DNA from: Candidatus Limnocylindrales bacterium
GTDB lineage: Bacteria > Chloroflexota > Limnocylindria > Limnocylindrales > CSP1-4
Assembly (NCBI GenBank): GCA_025450915.1
Contig: JANWLH010000018.1
Coordinates: 1-60,214, forward strand
Length of the DNA: 60,214 nucleotides
Reading direction: 5' to 3'
This document shows positions 1-8,535 of this stretch, piece by piece. Numbering within the stretch: position 1 is the stretch's first letter; the number at the start of each line of letters is the position of its first letter. The notes beneath the pieces were generated by a model, which was not told the origin of the DNA, ran no database searches, and saw only the letters and a program-made list of their open reading frames with translations. The position numbers and the translations under genes were made by a program.

Positions 1-356
1 AGCTCGACGTCGCCCTGGTCGGTGCCGGCCGGGCGCTGCAGGCCGTCGCCAGCTTCCTGCTGATGGTCTCGCCCGCGGACCTCGGCCTCGTCTGCCAGGT
101 CCGCTCGCCCCACCACGAGGCGCCCACCATCTACCTCTACGAGACGGTGCCCGGCGGCGTCGGCCTGTCGGAGCGCCTGTTCGGACGAACCGAGGAGCTG
201 ATCGCGGGTGCCGCGGATCTCATCGCCGGCTGCGCCTGCGACGAGGGCTGCCCATCGTGCACGGGACCCCGGCTCGAACCGGGCGTCAACGCCCGCGCGC
301 TCGCGCTGCGGCTACTCGCGGTCCTGGGAGCTCCGGTCGCGGCCCGGGTCGCGTGA
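1..356 (+). CDS. 3' end of a DEAD/DEAH-type helicase with a C-terminal DUF1998 zinc module (MrfA/YprA-like). The 5' part lies outside the window.
   Basis: The frame is open from the window edge to TGA 354-356. The tail contains YLYETVPGGVG and a CACDEGCPSC 4-Cys signature typical of DUF1998. A YprB/MrfB-like exonuclease gene follows with a GTGA overlap. Confidence 0.7.
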   Translation, partial: LDVALVGAGRALQAVASFLLMVSPADLGLVCQVRSPHHEAPTIYLYETVPGGVGLSERLFGRTEELIAGAADLIAGCACDEGCPSCTGPRLEPGVNARALALRLLAVLGAPVAARVA

Positions 357-1750
357 CTGCCGACACGATCCTGCCGCGGCCGATGGGCGATATCGGGATC
401 CTCGAGCGGCGGTTGGAACGGCTACGGCTGGAACGCCGCGGCATGCCAGGCTCGCTGGACGGACGCACGGACGAGCCACCCTGGGCCGACCTGGCCCGTT
501 CCGCCGAGTCCCGCGCCGATCGTCTTGCCGGCGCCCTCGGCGGGACCTGGATCCGGGGCGACGGCGGTGGCCACGTACGGATCCAGCCGGAGCCGATCCG
601 CCTGCCCCTGGACCGGGATCGGATCGCCGCGCTGCCCGATCATCCGGGACCCGACGTGCCGCTCATCTGCCTCGATACCGAGACGACCGGATTGGCCACC
701 GGCGCAGGAACCGTCGCCTTCCTCGTCGGACTCGGCTGGTGGCTCGGCGACCAGTTCCACCAGGTCCAGCTCCTGTTGCCCGATCAGGCCGGCGAGCCCG
801 GGATGCTCGACGCCCTCGCCGACCTGCTCCCGCCGAGCGGCTGGCTCGTCACGTACAACGGTCGCAGCTTCGACTGGCCGCTCCTCGTCGCGCGGTTCCG
901 GTTGAATCGCCGCCCGCCGCCGGCATTGGCCGGTCATCTCGACCTGCTGCCGTTCGTTCGCCGAGTCTTCGGGCACCGGTTGTCGGACGCTCGCCTGAAG
1001 ACGGTCGAGACGGAGCTGCTCGGGGAGCGGCGCGGCCACGACATCGAGGGCTGGGAGATCCCCGGGCGCTATCTCGAGATGCTCCGGGGCGGACCTGTCG
1101 AGCCGATCGCCGAAGTCGTCCGGCACAACCACGAGGATGTCCGCTCGCTGGCCCGGCTGATGGCCCACGCCGACCGCCACCTCGGTGCGATCGGCGACCG
1201 GCGATCCGCCCCGGCCGGCGATCTCTTCGGCCTGGCTCGTGCATATCGGCGGACCCGGCGCGACCACGACGCGCTCGATTGCCTCGACGCCGCGCTCGAA
1301 GGCCCGCCGCGGCCGATCCCGACCAGTCCCCCGGGCCCCACCGGCCCCGCCCGGCGGGCCTGGTCCACGATCCTGACCCACCGCGCGGATGCAATGGACA
1401 CCGAGCATCCCAGCCCGGCGCGGCTCGAGATGATCGTCGAGCGGGCGCGCCTGCTTCGACGTCTCGGGCGCCACCGCGAGGCCCTTGAGGCGTGGCGGGA
1501 CGTCGCCCACGCCGGCGGTCCCGACGCCGCGTTCGCCTGGATCGAGGTCGCCAAATGCCTCGAACATCGCGAACGCGATCCTGCCGGAGCCCTCGGTGCG
1601 TGTGCTGCCGCGAATCGCCTTGCCCAGCGCTCGCGCCTGCTCGGACGACCGTTGCGGAATCTTGAGGCGGACCTCGGCCGGCGCCGGGTTCGGCTGGGCC
1701 ACCGGCTCAGCCGGGTGAGCGCGACCACCTCGCCCGCCGGCTCGCGATAG
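353..1750 (+). CDS. RNase H-fold DEDDh exonuclease (YprB/MrfB-like) with a helical repeat (TPR-like) C-terminus
   Basis: Exonuclease motifs are LICLDTETTGL, YNGRSFDWPLL and HNHEDVRSL. GTG 353 overlaps the upstream stop (GTGA). The track ORF 257..1750 is probably over-extended at its 5' end. Confidence 0.75.
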   Translation: MTADTILPRPMGDIGILERRLERLRLERRGMPGSLDGRTDEPPWADLARSAESRADRLAGALGGTWIRGDGGGHVRIQPEPIRLPLDRDRIAALPDHPGPDVPLICLDTETTGLATGAGTVAFLVGLGWWLGDQFHQVQLLLPDQAGEPGMLDALADLLPPSGWLVTYNGRSFDWPLLVARFRLNRRPPPALAGHLDLLPFVRRVFGHRLSDARLKTVETELLGERRGHDIEGWEIPGRYLEMLRGGPVEPIAEVVRHNHEDVRSLARLMAHADRHLGAIGDRRSAPAGDLFGLARAYRRTRRDHDALDCLDAALEGPPRPIPTSPPGPTGPARRAWSTILTHRADAMDTEHPSPARLEMIVERARLLRRLGRHREALEAWRDVAHAGGPDAAFAWIEVAKCLEHRERDPAGALGACAAANRLAQRSRLLGRPLRNLEADLGRRRVRLGHRLSRVSATTSPAGSR

Positions 1751-1813
1751 CCGTCAGTGGCGGCTGACCCGCCGCGTTGACGATGACGACCGGCAGGCCA
1801 TGCCGCCGGAACG

Positions 1814-2743
1814 CTAACTCTCCTGATCGATTTCGGCGAGCCGGGCGATGACGACGGCCCGGTCGGGGACGCCCGCCAGCCCGATCCCTTCGACGGCCAG
1901 CGCGCCTGCTGCCGCGGCCCAGCGGAGATCGCCAGGCGTCGGTCCCGGTTGGTCGGCCGGCGCGCCCCGGTCGAGCCAGGCGGCGACAAGTGCCGCGAGG
2001 AAGACGTCGCCGGCGCCGGTCGAGTCGACCTGACGGGATGGGATGGAATCGTAGGCGATCCTGCCGGCCGGCCCACGGCTGGTGGCCTCGAAGATCACGC
2101 CGCCGTGGATGCCCTGGGTCAGGACCAGTCGCGTCCCCGGGCGGAGGAGCGCATTGAGGTCGTCCAGGCTGGTGCCCGGTGCCAGGTCGCCTCTGCTTGC
2201 GCCAATGAGGTTCGCCCGGTCGACCAGCGGGCCTCGGCTGGGTGGCTTCCGACCGGTCTCTGTTCCCGCGACAAGTGTCCGCAGCAGGCCCTGCCAGCCC
2301 AGGGCGAGACGGGCATCCGGCGGGATCGCCGCCGCCCATTCCGGGCCGGTCTCGTTGGCCACCGGGACCACCATCCAGGCTGGCGCCGCCCGCCATGCAT
2401 CGGGCACCTCAACGACGGGCACCGGCTCACCCGGCTCGACGCACGTCTGGACGCGGCGATGGTCCTGCTCGACGTTCTCGAAGACCGGACCTTGCCCCAG
2501 CGGGACGATCTGAACGTCGACGCCGGCTGCTCGGAGGACATCGATCTCCGTGGCTTCCGCGGCGATCCTGTCGGCGCCGAAGACCGCCGCCGAGCGATGG
2601 CCGAGACGAGCGCTGGTCAGCGCCGCGTAGGCAACTCCCCCGCCCAGCCGCCAGCCGCGCGGGTCGTTCCGGTCGATATCCCGGCAGACGTTGCCGACGT
2701 GGACAACATCGAAGTCAGCGCGCTCGGGGTATCGTGAGGGCAT
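1814..2743 (-). CDS. PfkB-family carbohydrate/nucleoside kinase
   Basis: N-terminal VVHVGNVCRDI and C-terminal DSTGAGDVFLAAL ribokinase-like signatures. ATG 2743 is the only canonical start before the conserved N-terminus. Confidence 0.85.
   Translation of the reverse strand: MPSRYPERADFDVVHVGNVCRDIDRNDPRGWRLGGGVAYAALTSARLGHRSAAVFGADRIAAEATEIDVLRAAGVDVQIVPLGQGPVFENVEQDHRRVQTCVEPGEPVPVVEVPDAWRAAPAWMVVPVANETGPEWAAAIPPDARLALGWQGLLRTLVAGTETGRKPPSRGPLVDRANLIGASRGDLAPGTSLDDLNALLRPGTRLVLTQGIHGGVIFEATSRGPAGRIAYDSIPSRQVDSTGAGDVFLAALVAAWLDRGAPADQPGPTPGDLRWAAAAGALAVEGIGLAGVPDRAVVIARLAEIDQES
2730..2735 (+). promoter_or_regulatory. Candidate -10 element TATCGT, 6 nt upstream of ATG 2742 (leaderless-type arrangement)
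   Basis: A TANNNT hexamer followed by the 6-nt spacer gagggc, then ATG. There is no room for a Shine-Dalgarno sequence. Confidence 0.35.
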
Positions 2744-3143
2744 GTACTTCTACGAGCTCCATGAGGCCGAAGGCGACATCTTCTCGGACCTGATCCTCGT
2801 CCACGAGGAACGGTTCGAGCCGGACGAATTCCTCGACCTCGTCAAGGCCGCCGCCCGGAAGGTCCGCGACGGGTTCGACGAGGATACGTTGATCGAAGCG
2901 GTTGCCCGGGTGCTCGAGGAGGAGCAGGGCTTCACGCCGGTGCTCGACGATCGGCTCACGGCGTCGGTCCTCGTGACGACCAACGAGGAGGAGACCCAGC
3001 TCAGCGTCCTCGAGGTCCCCGACCAGGGCCCCGACTGGGGCGACGAGGACATCGACGAGAACGACATCGACGAGGATGACCTGCCCGACTACCGGGCAGT
3101 CATCGCCGAGCTGCGGCCGAACCGGGATCCGTCGCTGAACTGA
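2742..3143 (+). CDS. Hypothetical acidic protein (133 aa, Asp/Glu-rich C-terminus)
   Basis: The composition looks protein-like (MYFYELHEAEGDIFSDLILVHEERFEPDEFLDLVK...), unlike the Arg/Pro/Ala-rich shadow frames. I chose ATG 2742 over the track start 2691 because of the -10 element at 2730-2735. Confidence 0.6.
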   Translation: MYFYELHEAEGDIFSDLILVHEERFEPDEFLDLVKAAARKVRDGFDEDTLIEAVARVLEEEQGFTPVLDDRLTASVLVTTNEEETQLSVLEVPDQGPDWGDEDIDENDIDEDDLPDYRAVIAELRPNRDPSLN

Positions 3144-3329
3144 GGCCCTGTGCCGGCCTGCGCACTCGCTCCGTCGCGGGTGTTTCGGCGCCAAGATCCC
3201 TGCTTTGCGACGACCTTGCCCTGCGGTACCACCGAACCGACGGGGATATCTGCTGGATATCCACGGCGACGCCTGCACGTGGCGGCGCGGCCACTCCGCG
3301 GCGTGGTCTCGGGCGACTCCCGACCGCGG

Positions 3330-3490
3330 CGTCGCCTACGGCGAACAGATCGGCCAAATCGACCCGATTCCGGCGCGCATGGAGGCCCGTTTTGGCGATT
3401 CGTTCGCCTCCGGATGACGAAGCCCGCAAACGGACCACCTCAACCGACTCCATCGCCGGCGTTGACGGCGTTTTGTTCGCCGGTGGCGAC
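3330..3490. repeat. Copy A of a ~160-nt intergenic repeat. It is inverted relative to copy B at 5127-5288.
   Basis: By-eye alignment to the reverse complement of 5127-5288. Conserved blocks are 3330-3363, 3397-3406 and 3459-3490, separated by diverged spacers. Confidence 0.6.
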
Positions 3491-3509
3491 GCGACCGCGT
3501 AGCAACCGC

Positions 3510-3926
3510 CTACGGCAGCGCTTCGCACGTCGCGAGCTTGTCGTGCCCTGATCCGCCGTCGACTTCGAAGTTCTGGGGGTAGAGGAAGGGAGCCATATCC
3601 GGGTCGTGCACAACCGCACTGACGTCGCTACAGATCGTCCCGGCGAGGGCCTGGCCCTCGGTCGAACTCGCGACATTGGTGAAGATGACCGCGCTGCCGC
3701 AGGGCGGCACGGCGTCGCCACAGCCGTTGACGTTCACTTGGATCTTCGGCAGATCGTTGACCTGCTGGAGCATCGAGTACCAATCGTCAGTCGCGTAGTG
3801 GTCCTTGACGATACCGGCCAGGGCCGCCGCGATCCCGGCGTCCCGTGGGTCGGGCGAGGGCGTCCCGCTGCAGGCAACCAGCACCAGGGCACAAACGCTG
3901 AATCCCGAGATGAGGAGCGTCTTCAT
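3510..3926 (-). CDS. Hypothetical lipoprotein
   Basis: Signal peptide with lipobox (MKTLLISGFSVCALVLVAC-SG). A GGGGGAAG Shine-Dalgarno sequence lies just upstream of ATG 3926. The mature part contains several Cys. Confidence 0.7.
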   Translation of the reverse strand: MKTLLISGFSVCALVLVACSGTPSPDPRDAGIAAALAGIVKDHYATDDWYSMLQQVNDLPKIQVNVNGCGDAVPPCGSAVIFTNVASSTEGQALAGTICSDVSAVVHDPDMAPFLYPQNFEVDGGSGHDKLATCEALP

Positions 3927-3949
3927 CTTCCCCCCAAGCTCATGAGATC

Positions 3950-5053
3950 CTACTTGGAGAAGAGAATCTCCAGCACGTCGCCGTCCTTGACGAGGTACGT
4001 CTTGCCTTCGGAGCGGAGGCGGCCGTGCTTCCGGGCCTCGGCCATCGAGCCGAGCTCGAGGAGGTCCTCGTAGGCCACCGTCTCGGCCCGGATGAAGCCA
4101 CGGGCCAGATCCGTATGGATCGCGCCGGCCGCGTCCACCGCCGTCGATCCTGACGGAATCGGCCAGGCGCGGACCTCGTCGGGACCGGCGGTCAGGAAGC
4201 TGACCAGGCCGAGTAGCCGATACGACAGCCCGATCACCCGGTCCAGGCTCGATCCGTGGATCCCGAGCTCGTCCATGAACGCGGCGGCCTCGTCGGGCTC
4301 GAGCTCGCCGAGCTCCATCTCGATCCGTGCCGAGAGCGCATCGACGAGGGCATTCCGGTGGACGTAGCGATCGGCGACACCGGCCACGATCTCGGCCTCG
4401 CGCGGAATGTCGCCTTCGCCCACGTTGAGCAGGACCAGCACGGGCTTCTGGCTGAGGAACCGGAACCCGCGCAGGACCTTCTCCTCGTCGGCGTCGAGCT
4501 CGACATCGCGGATCGGGGAGCCCGTCACGAGCCCGGCGTGAAGCCGGGTCAGGACGACCTCTTCGCGCTCGTTCGACTCCCGTTCGGCCGGCGTGCCGTG
4601 CCGGCCCGTCGCCTTCAGCCGCTCGAGACGCCGCTCGGTCATCGACAGGTCGGCCAGGACGAACTCGAGGTCGAGGCGCTCGATGTCCCGCCAGGGATCG
4701 ACCGAGCCGTCGGGATGCGGCGCGGAGGAATCCTCGAACGCGCGCACGACATGCAGGAGGGCGTCCGAGTCGCGCAGCCGTGCCAGGTGCTCGGCGGGCA
4801 GCTCCTCCGTCCCGACGTGGCCCTCGGACGACGCGGGCGGCGCCGGCAGGTCCGCGTACGTCACGTCGGCCTGGACGATCTTCTTCGGCTTGAAGATCGC
4901 GGCGAGGCTGTCGAGCCGCGGGTCGGGCACCTTGACCACGCCAACGTTGAGCTGCATCCCGCCGAATCCACCGGTCTCGGCGTGGCCCCGGGTCAGGGTG
5001 TTGAAGACGGTGGTCTTACCCGAACCGGCAAGCCCGACGATGGCGATCTGCAT
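3950..5053 (-). CDS. ychF: Redox-regulated ATPase YchF (Obg-like GTPase family)
   Basis: MQIAIVGLAGSGKTTVFN P-loop, and a C-terminal TGS-like end GKTYLVKDGDVLEILFSK. Full length of 367 aa. Confidence 0.95.
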   Translation of the reverse strand: MQIAIVGLAGSGKTTVFNTLTRGHAETGGFGGMQLNVGVVKVPDPRLDSLAAIFKPKKIVQADVTYADLPAPPASSEGHVGTEELPAEHLARLRDSDALLHVVRAFEDSSAPHPDGSVDPWRDIERLDLEFVLADLSMTERRLERLKATGRHGTPAERESNEREEVVLTRLHAGLVTGSPIRDVELDADEEKVLRGFRFLSQKPVLVLLNVGEGDIPREAEIVAGVADRYVHRNALVDALSARIEMELGELEPDEAAAFMDELGIHGSSLDRVIGLSYRLLGLVSFLTAGPDEVRAWPIPSGSTAVDAAGAIHTDLARGFIRAETVAYEDLLELGSMAEARKHGRLRSEGKTYLVKDGDVLEILFSK

Positions 5054-5126
5054 GCCGCCCGATTGTCACCGATCACACCGATCGGCGTTCGATCACTAGC
5101 CGGCGGCCGGATCGGCGGTCGATCGT

Positions 5127-5288
5127 GTCGCCCCCGGCGGACAAAACGCCGTCAACGACGGGCGTCGAGCCGATGCGCACCGCCCGTTTGCCCGATTCGT
5201 CCTCGTACGACGAACGAATCCGTCAAGACCGGTGCCAGGGTGACGCGAAATAGAGTCGATTTGGTCGATTTGTCCGCCGTGGGCGACG
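5127..5288. repeat. Copy B of the ~160-nt intergenic repeat (inverted relative to copy A)
   Basis: The reverse complement aligns with 3330-3490. Blocks 5255-5288, 5211-5220 and 5127-5158 are conserved. Confidence 0.6.
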
Positions 5289-5352
5289 TCCGGGCCGACG
5301 GGCGGCTAGGCAGGACGGGCGGCCAGGCAGCGGTCGCGCCCGGGAGCCGCCG

Positions 5353-6423
5353 TCAGTAGCCCGCGGCGGGATCGACCACGTTGTGGAGCGGCTCGCCGGC
5401 TGAGTAACGGCGCAGGTTCGCGCAAAAGAGCTCGACCGATCGATCGAGGACGCGGCCGCTCGACCACGACGTGTGCGGCGTGACGATCGCGTTCTCGAGA
5501 GCGTAGAACGGCGAGTTCGGCGGCAGCGGCTCGTCCCGGAAGGTGTCAAGGATCGCGCCGCCGATCTGGCCCTCGCGCAGCGCTCGCAGGAGAGCGCGCT
5601 CGTCGACGAGGCGGCCGCGGGCCACGTTGATCAGCCAGGCGCCGGGCTTCATCGCATCGAGGGCGGCGGCGTCGATGAGGTTCTCGGTCGCCGCAGTGAG
5701 CGGCGCAGCCAGCACCACGAAATCCGCCTCGGCCAGCAGCTCCGGAAGGCCCTCCGGACCCAGGATTCGCGCCCCTCCGAGGTCACCGGCCGGTCGCTCG
5801 ACGGCGCCCGGCTCGTCCTCGGACGTCGCCGCGGCACCCGCTTCGGATCGGCGACGGGTGGCGATGACCCGGCAACCGAACGCGGTCGCGAGGCGGGCAA
5901 CCGCCTGGCCGATCGAGCCGAGGCCGACCACCCCGACGGTCACGTCGCCGAGCTCGGCGCCTTCGAGCGGCTGCCAGGTGCGCTCGCGCTGGAGCTCGAG
6001 GAGCTGGGGCAGCCGCCGGCTGACGGCCAGGATCATCATCAGGACGTATTCGGCGATCGGCTGCGAGAACACGCCCCGGGCGTTCGTGATCACCAGGCTG
6101 CGCTGGAGGCTGGCCGGAGTCAGCATCCGCTCCACGCCCGCCGTCGCGGAGTGGATCCAGGCGAGCCTGGGGGTACGGGCCAGCACGCGGTCGAACGCGT
6201 CGGCGCTCAGGAAGCCGCGCAGGAGGACCTCGACGTCCTCGACCGGACCGTCGGCGAGGCCCTCGGACGAGATCATCACCAGGCGCGCGCCGGGCGCGGC
6301 CGACCGGATCCGCTCGAGGTCGCGCGACCGATAGCGGGCCGACAGGATCGGGCTCAGGGCGATGGCCGCCGGAACGCCGTGCGGGCCGCGGCCCGGGCCG
6401 GCCACACGTTGCGCGTCGTTCAA
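5353..6423 (-). CDS. D-isomer-specific 2-hydroxyacid dehydrogenase family protein (NAD-binding)
   Basis: GVVGLGSIGQAVARL Rossmann motif, NVARGRLVDE and TPHTSW motifs. I placed the start at TTG 6423, which forms a TTGA overlap with the upstream stop. GTG 6405 is an alternative. The track start 6513 would overlap the upstream gene by 94 nt. Confidence 0.8.
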   Translation of the reverse strand: MNDAQRVAGPGRGPHGVPAAIALSPILSARYRSRDLERIRSAAPGARLVMISSEGLADGPVEDVEVLLRGFLSADAFDRVLARTPRLAWIHSATAGVERMLTPASLQRSLVITNARGVFSQPIAEYVLMMILAVSRRLPQLLELQRERTWQPLEGAELGDVTVGVVGLGSIGQAVARLATAFGCRVIATRRRSEAGAAATSEDEPGAVERPAGDLGGARILGPEGLPELLAEADFVVLAAPLTAATENLIDAAALDAMKPGAWLINVARGRLVDERALLRALREGQIGGAILDTFRDEPLPPNSPFYALENAIVTPHTSWSSGRVLDRSVELFCANLRRYSAGEPLHNVVDPAAGY

Positions 6424-7613
6424 GCGTCGTGCCTCGCGCCGATCACCCGCGCCAGCCAGCGCTCGGGGTCTTCGATCTCCCCTTCCCGGGGCAGGTTCTC
6501 GGGGCCGTCCCACAGCCGGTTCAGCGCAGCGGGTCCACCCGCGTGGGCGATCGCCGCGACGAACTTCTCGCCCTTGCGGTACTGCTCCATCTTCAGGTCC
6601 ATGCCGATCAGGCGCATGACGGCCCGCTCCACGCCGGTCTTCTTCTGGTCGCGGCGGGCGTGGAACTTCTCGCTGATCCGCTCAACGCCGGGCACGAGGT
6701 CGCGCCCGTACTCGTCCATGATGAAGTCGCTGAACCCTTCGAGCAGGCTCATCACGGCCTGGGTCTCGCGGAAGAGGCGGCGCTGCTCTGGGTCCATCAG
6801 CCGCTCCATCCAGTGCTCAGTGCCGCCCTCGCCGCGGAGCGACCGGCCGAGGCGCTTGACCCCGTCCCGGCTGAGCGACGCCGCCCGGTTCGAGAAGGCG
6901 TTCAGCTGGCGCTCGAGCCGCTCGGCGAGGTATGGCCGGAGCCAGGGATGCGCCTCGAACTCGAAGGCGTGGGTCGTCTCGTGGAGGGCGATCCACGTCC
7001 GGAACGGATCGAGCGGCACGTCGAGGACCCGCGCCGTCTCACGGATGTTCTCCTCGACGAACAGCAGCCGGCCGGGCGTGCTTTCGGCGGCCAGCAGGGC
7101 CAGGTCGTACTGGCCCAGGACCCGGGCGCCCATGAAGCCGAGGATGTAGCCGATCTGGCGGGTCGTCACCCAGCGGTTGGCGATCGCCATCGCTGCCGGG
7201 ACGAGACCGCCGCCGGGCGGCACGACCTGGTCGAGCAGCTGGCCCTCGAGCCGTCCGATCAGGTCACCGAAGCTCGCTGCGTTGGCCCGGACCCAGCCGG
7301 CCCGGTCGACCACGCCGACCCGGTCGACGATCCCGGGCAGCTCGGTCCCGAGGGCGGTCGAGAGGCGCGGCACGACAACGGCCATCGCCGCGTCATACGC
7401 GGCCTCCGAGCGGCGCAGCTCGTCGGCCGACAGGCTGCCGGGCGCCTTGCGCAGCCGCCCGATGGCCACCGACTCGACCTGGGTCCAGTCCACGAGGCCC
7501 CGCCGGGCGGAGCGTTCCGCGCGGCGGCCAAGGACCGTGACCGCGGCGCCGAGCGCCGATCCGACGAGGAAGCCGGCCTGCCACAGGCGATCGTCCCGGC
7601 GTGAGTTCGTCAT
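6420..7613 (-). CDS. DUF2342-type zinc-dependent metalloprotease
   Basis: HETTHAFEF (HExxH) motif and family-typical sequence from MTNSRRDDRLWQAG. ATG 7613 overlaps the murI stop (ATGA). The track ORF 6420..8723 is a read-through of the murI antisense frame. Confidence 0.85.
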   Translation of the reverse strand: MTNSRRDDRLWQAGFLVGSALGAAVTVLGRRAERSARRGLVDWTQVESVAIGRLRKAPGSLSADELRRSEAAYDAAMAVVVPRLSTALGTELPGIVDRVGVVDRAGWVRANAASFGDLIGRLEGQLLDQVVPPGGGLVPAAMAIANRWVTTRQIGYILGFMGARVLGQYDLALLAAESTPGRLLFVEENIRETARVLDVPLDPFRTWIALHETTHAFEFEAHPWLRPYLAERLERQLNAFSNRAASLSRDGVKRLGRSLRGEGGTEHWMERLMDPEQRRLFRETQAVMSLLEGFSDFIMDEYGRDLVPGVERISEKFHARRDQKKTGVERAVMRLIGMDLKMEQYRKGEKFVAAIAHAGGPAALNRLWDGPENLPREGEIEDPERWLARVIGARHDA

Positions 7614-8530
7614 CCGACCGGGACCCCCAGCTCGATTGCCTCGACGTCCACGAAGCCCTCGCCGAAGAGGCGCCCGGCCAGGTCGCGGAATGAATCGACC
7701 GATCCGGTCGTCAGCTGGCGATGGGTTGCCGGTCCCGAACCTGGAGCAGGCCGATCGTGGCCCGCGTGACCCGGGTCGGCGGCCGTTCCACGGCTCGAGC
7801 CGGGTGCTTCGAGCCCGTTGATCGCGAGCAGGTCGACGAGGGCGCCAGCGGTCGCCGTGGCCGAGTCGACGAGGGCGATCCGGTCGCCGGTCACGGACCG
7901 GATCGCGGCCTCGATCAGCGGGTAGTGGGTACAACCGAGGAGCAGGGTGTCGATCCCGGCCGATGCCGGCTGCGGCTCCCGCGGCATGCCGTCCGAGGTT
8001 CGCTCGCCGAGCAGGCCGTCGAGCGATTCGCGGACGATCGCCTCGACCTCGGCGCCCCGCAGGTGACCGGCTTCGACCAGCGGCACGAGCGCCGGGGTGG
8101 CGTGCTCGTAGACCTCGATCGCGGGGTTCTCCTCCTTGATCGCCTGGAAGTAGGCATGCGAGCGGACCGTTGCCGACGTGGCGATCACCCCGACCCGCCG
8201 GTTGCGGGTCGACAGGGCCGCGGTGACCGCCCCCGGGCGGATCACCCCGAGGATCGGCAGGTCGTGGCGCCGGCGCAGGTCGGCGAGGGCGATGGCGGTC
8301 GACGTGTTGCAGGCAATGACGATCGCCTTGACGTCCCGCTCGGCGAGGAGCTCGATCGCCTGCCGGCTGAAGGCCAGGACCTCGTCGTCCGGCCGTGGAC
8401 CGTATGGCGCGCGGGCGTTGTCGCCGAGGTAGATCGTCGATTCGCCCGGCAGCCGGCGGAGGATCTCGCGCATCACCGTCAGGCCGCCGACGCCGGAGTC
8501 GAAGACCCCGATCGGACGCGGGTCGGACAT
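7610..8530 (-). CDS. murI: Glutamate racemase
   Basis: IGVFDSGVGGLTV, the first catalytic Cys motif IACNTS and the second, LGCTHYP. Starts at ATG 8530. Confidence 0.95.
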   Translation of the reverse strand: MSDPRPIGVFDSGVGGLTVMREILRRLPGESTIYLGDNARAPYGPRPDDEVLAFSRQAIELLAERDVKAIVIACNTSTAIALADLRRRHDLPILGVIRPGAVTAALSTRNRRVGVIATSATVRSHAYFQAIKEENPAIEVYEHATPALVPLVEAGHLRGAEVEAIVRESLDGLLGERTSDGMPREPQPASAGIDTLLLGCTHYPLIEAAIRSVTGDRIALVDSATATAGALVDLLAINGLEAPGSSRGTAADPGHAGHDRPAPGSGPATHRQLTTGSVDSFRDLAGRLFGEGFVDVEAIELGVPVG

Positions 8531-8535
8531 TGGGT

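Noticed and set aside
1-1750. A DISARM-type defence module (DUF1998 plus helicase)
   Set aside because: DUF1998 is fused to the helicase C-terminus and followed by a YprB-type exonuclease, which is the MrfAB repair arrangement. No PLD nuclease or methyltransferase is adjacent.
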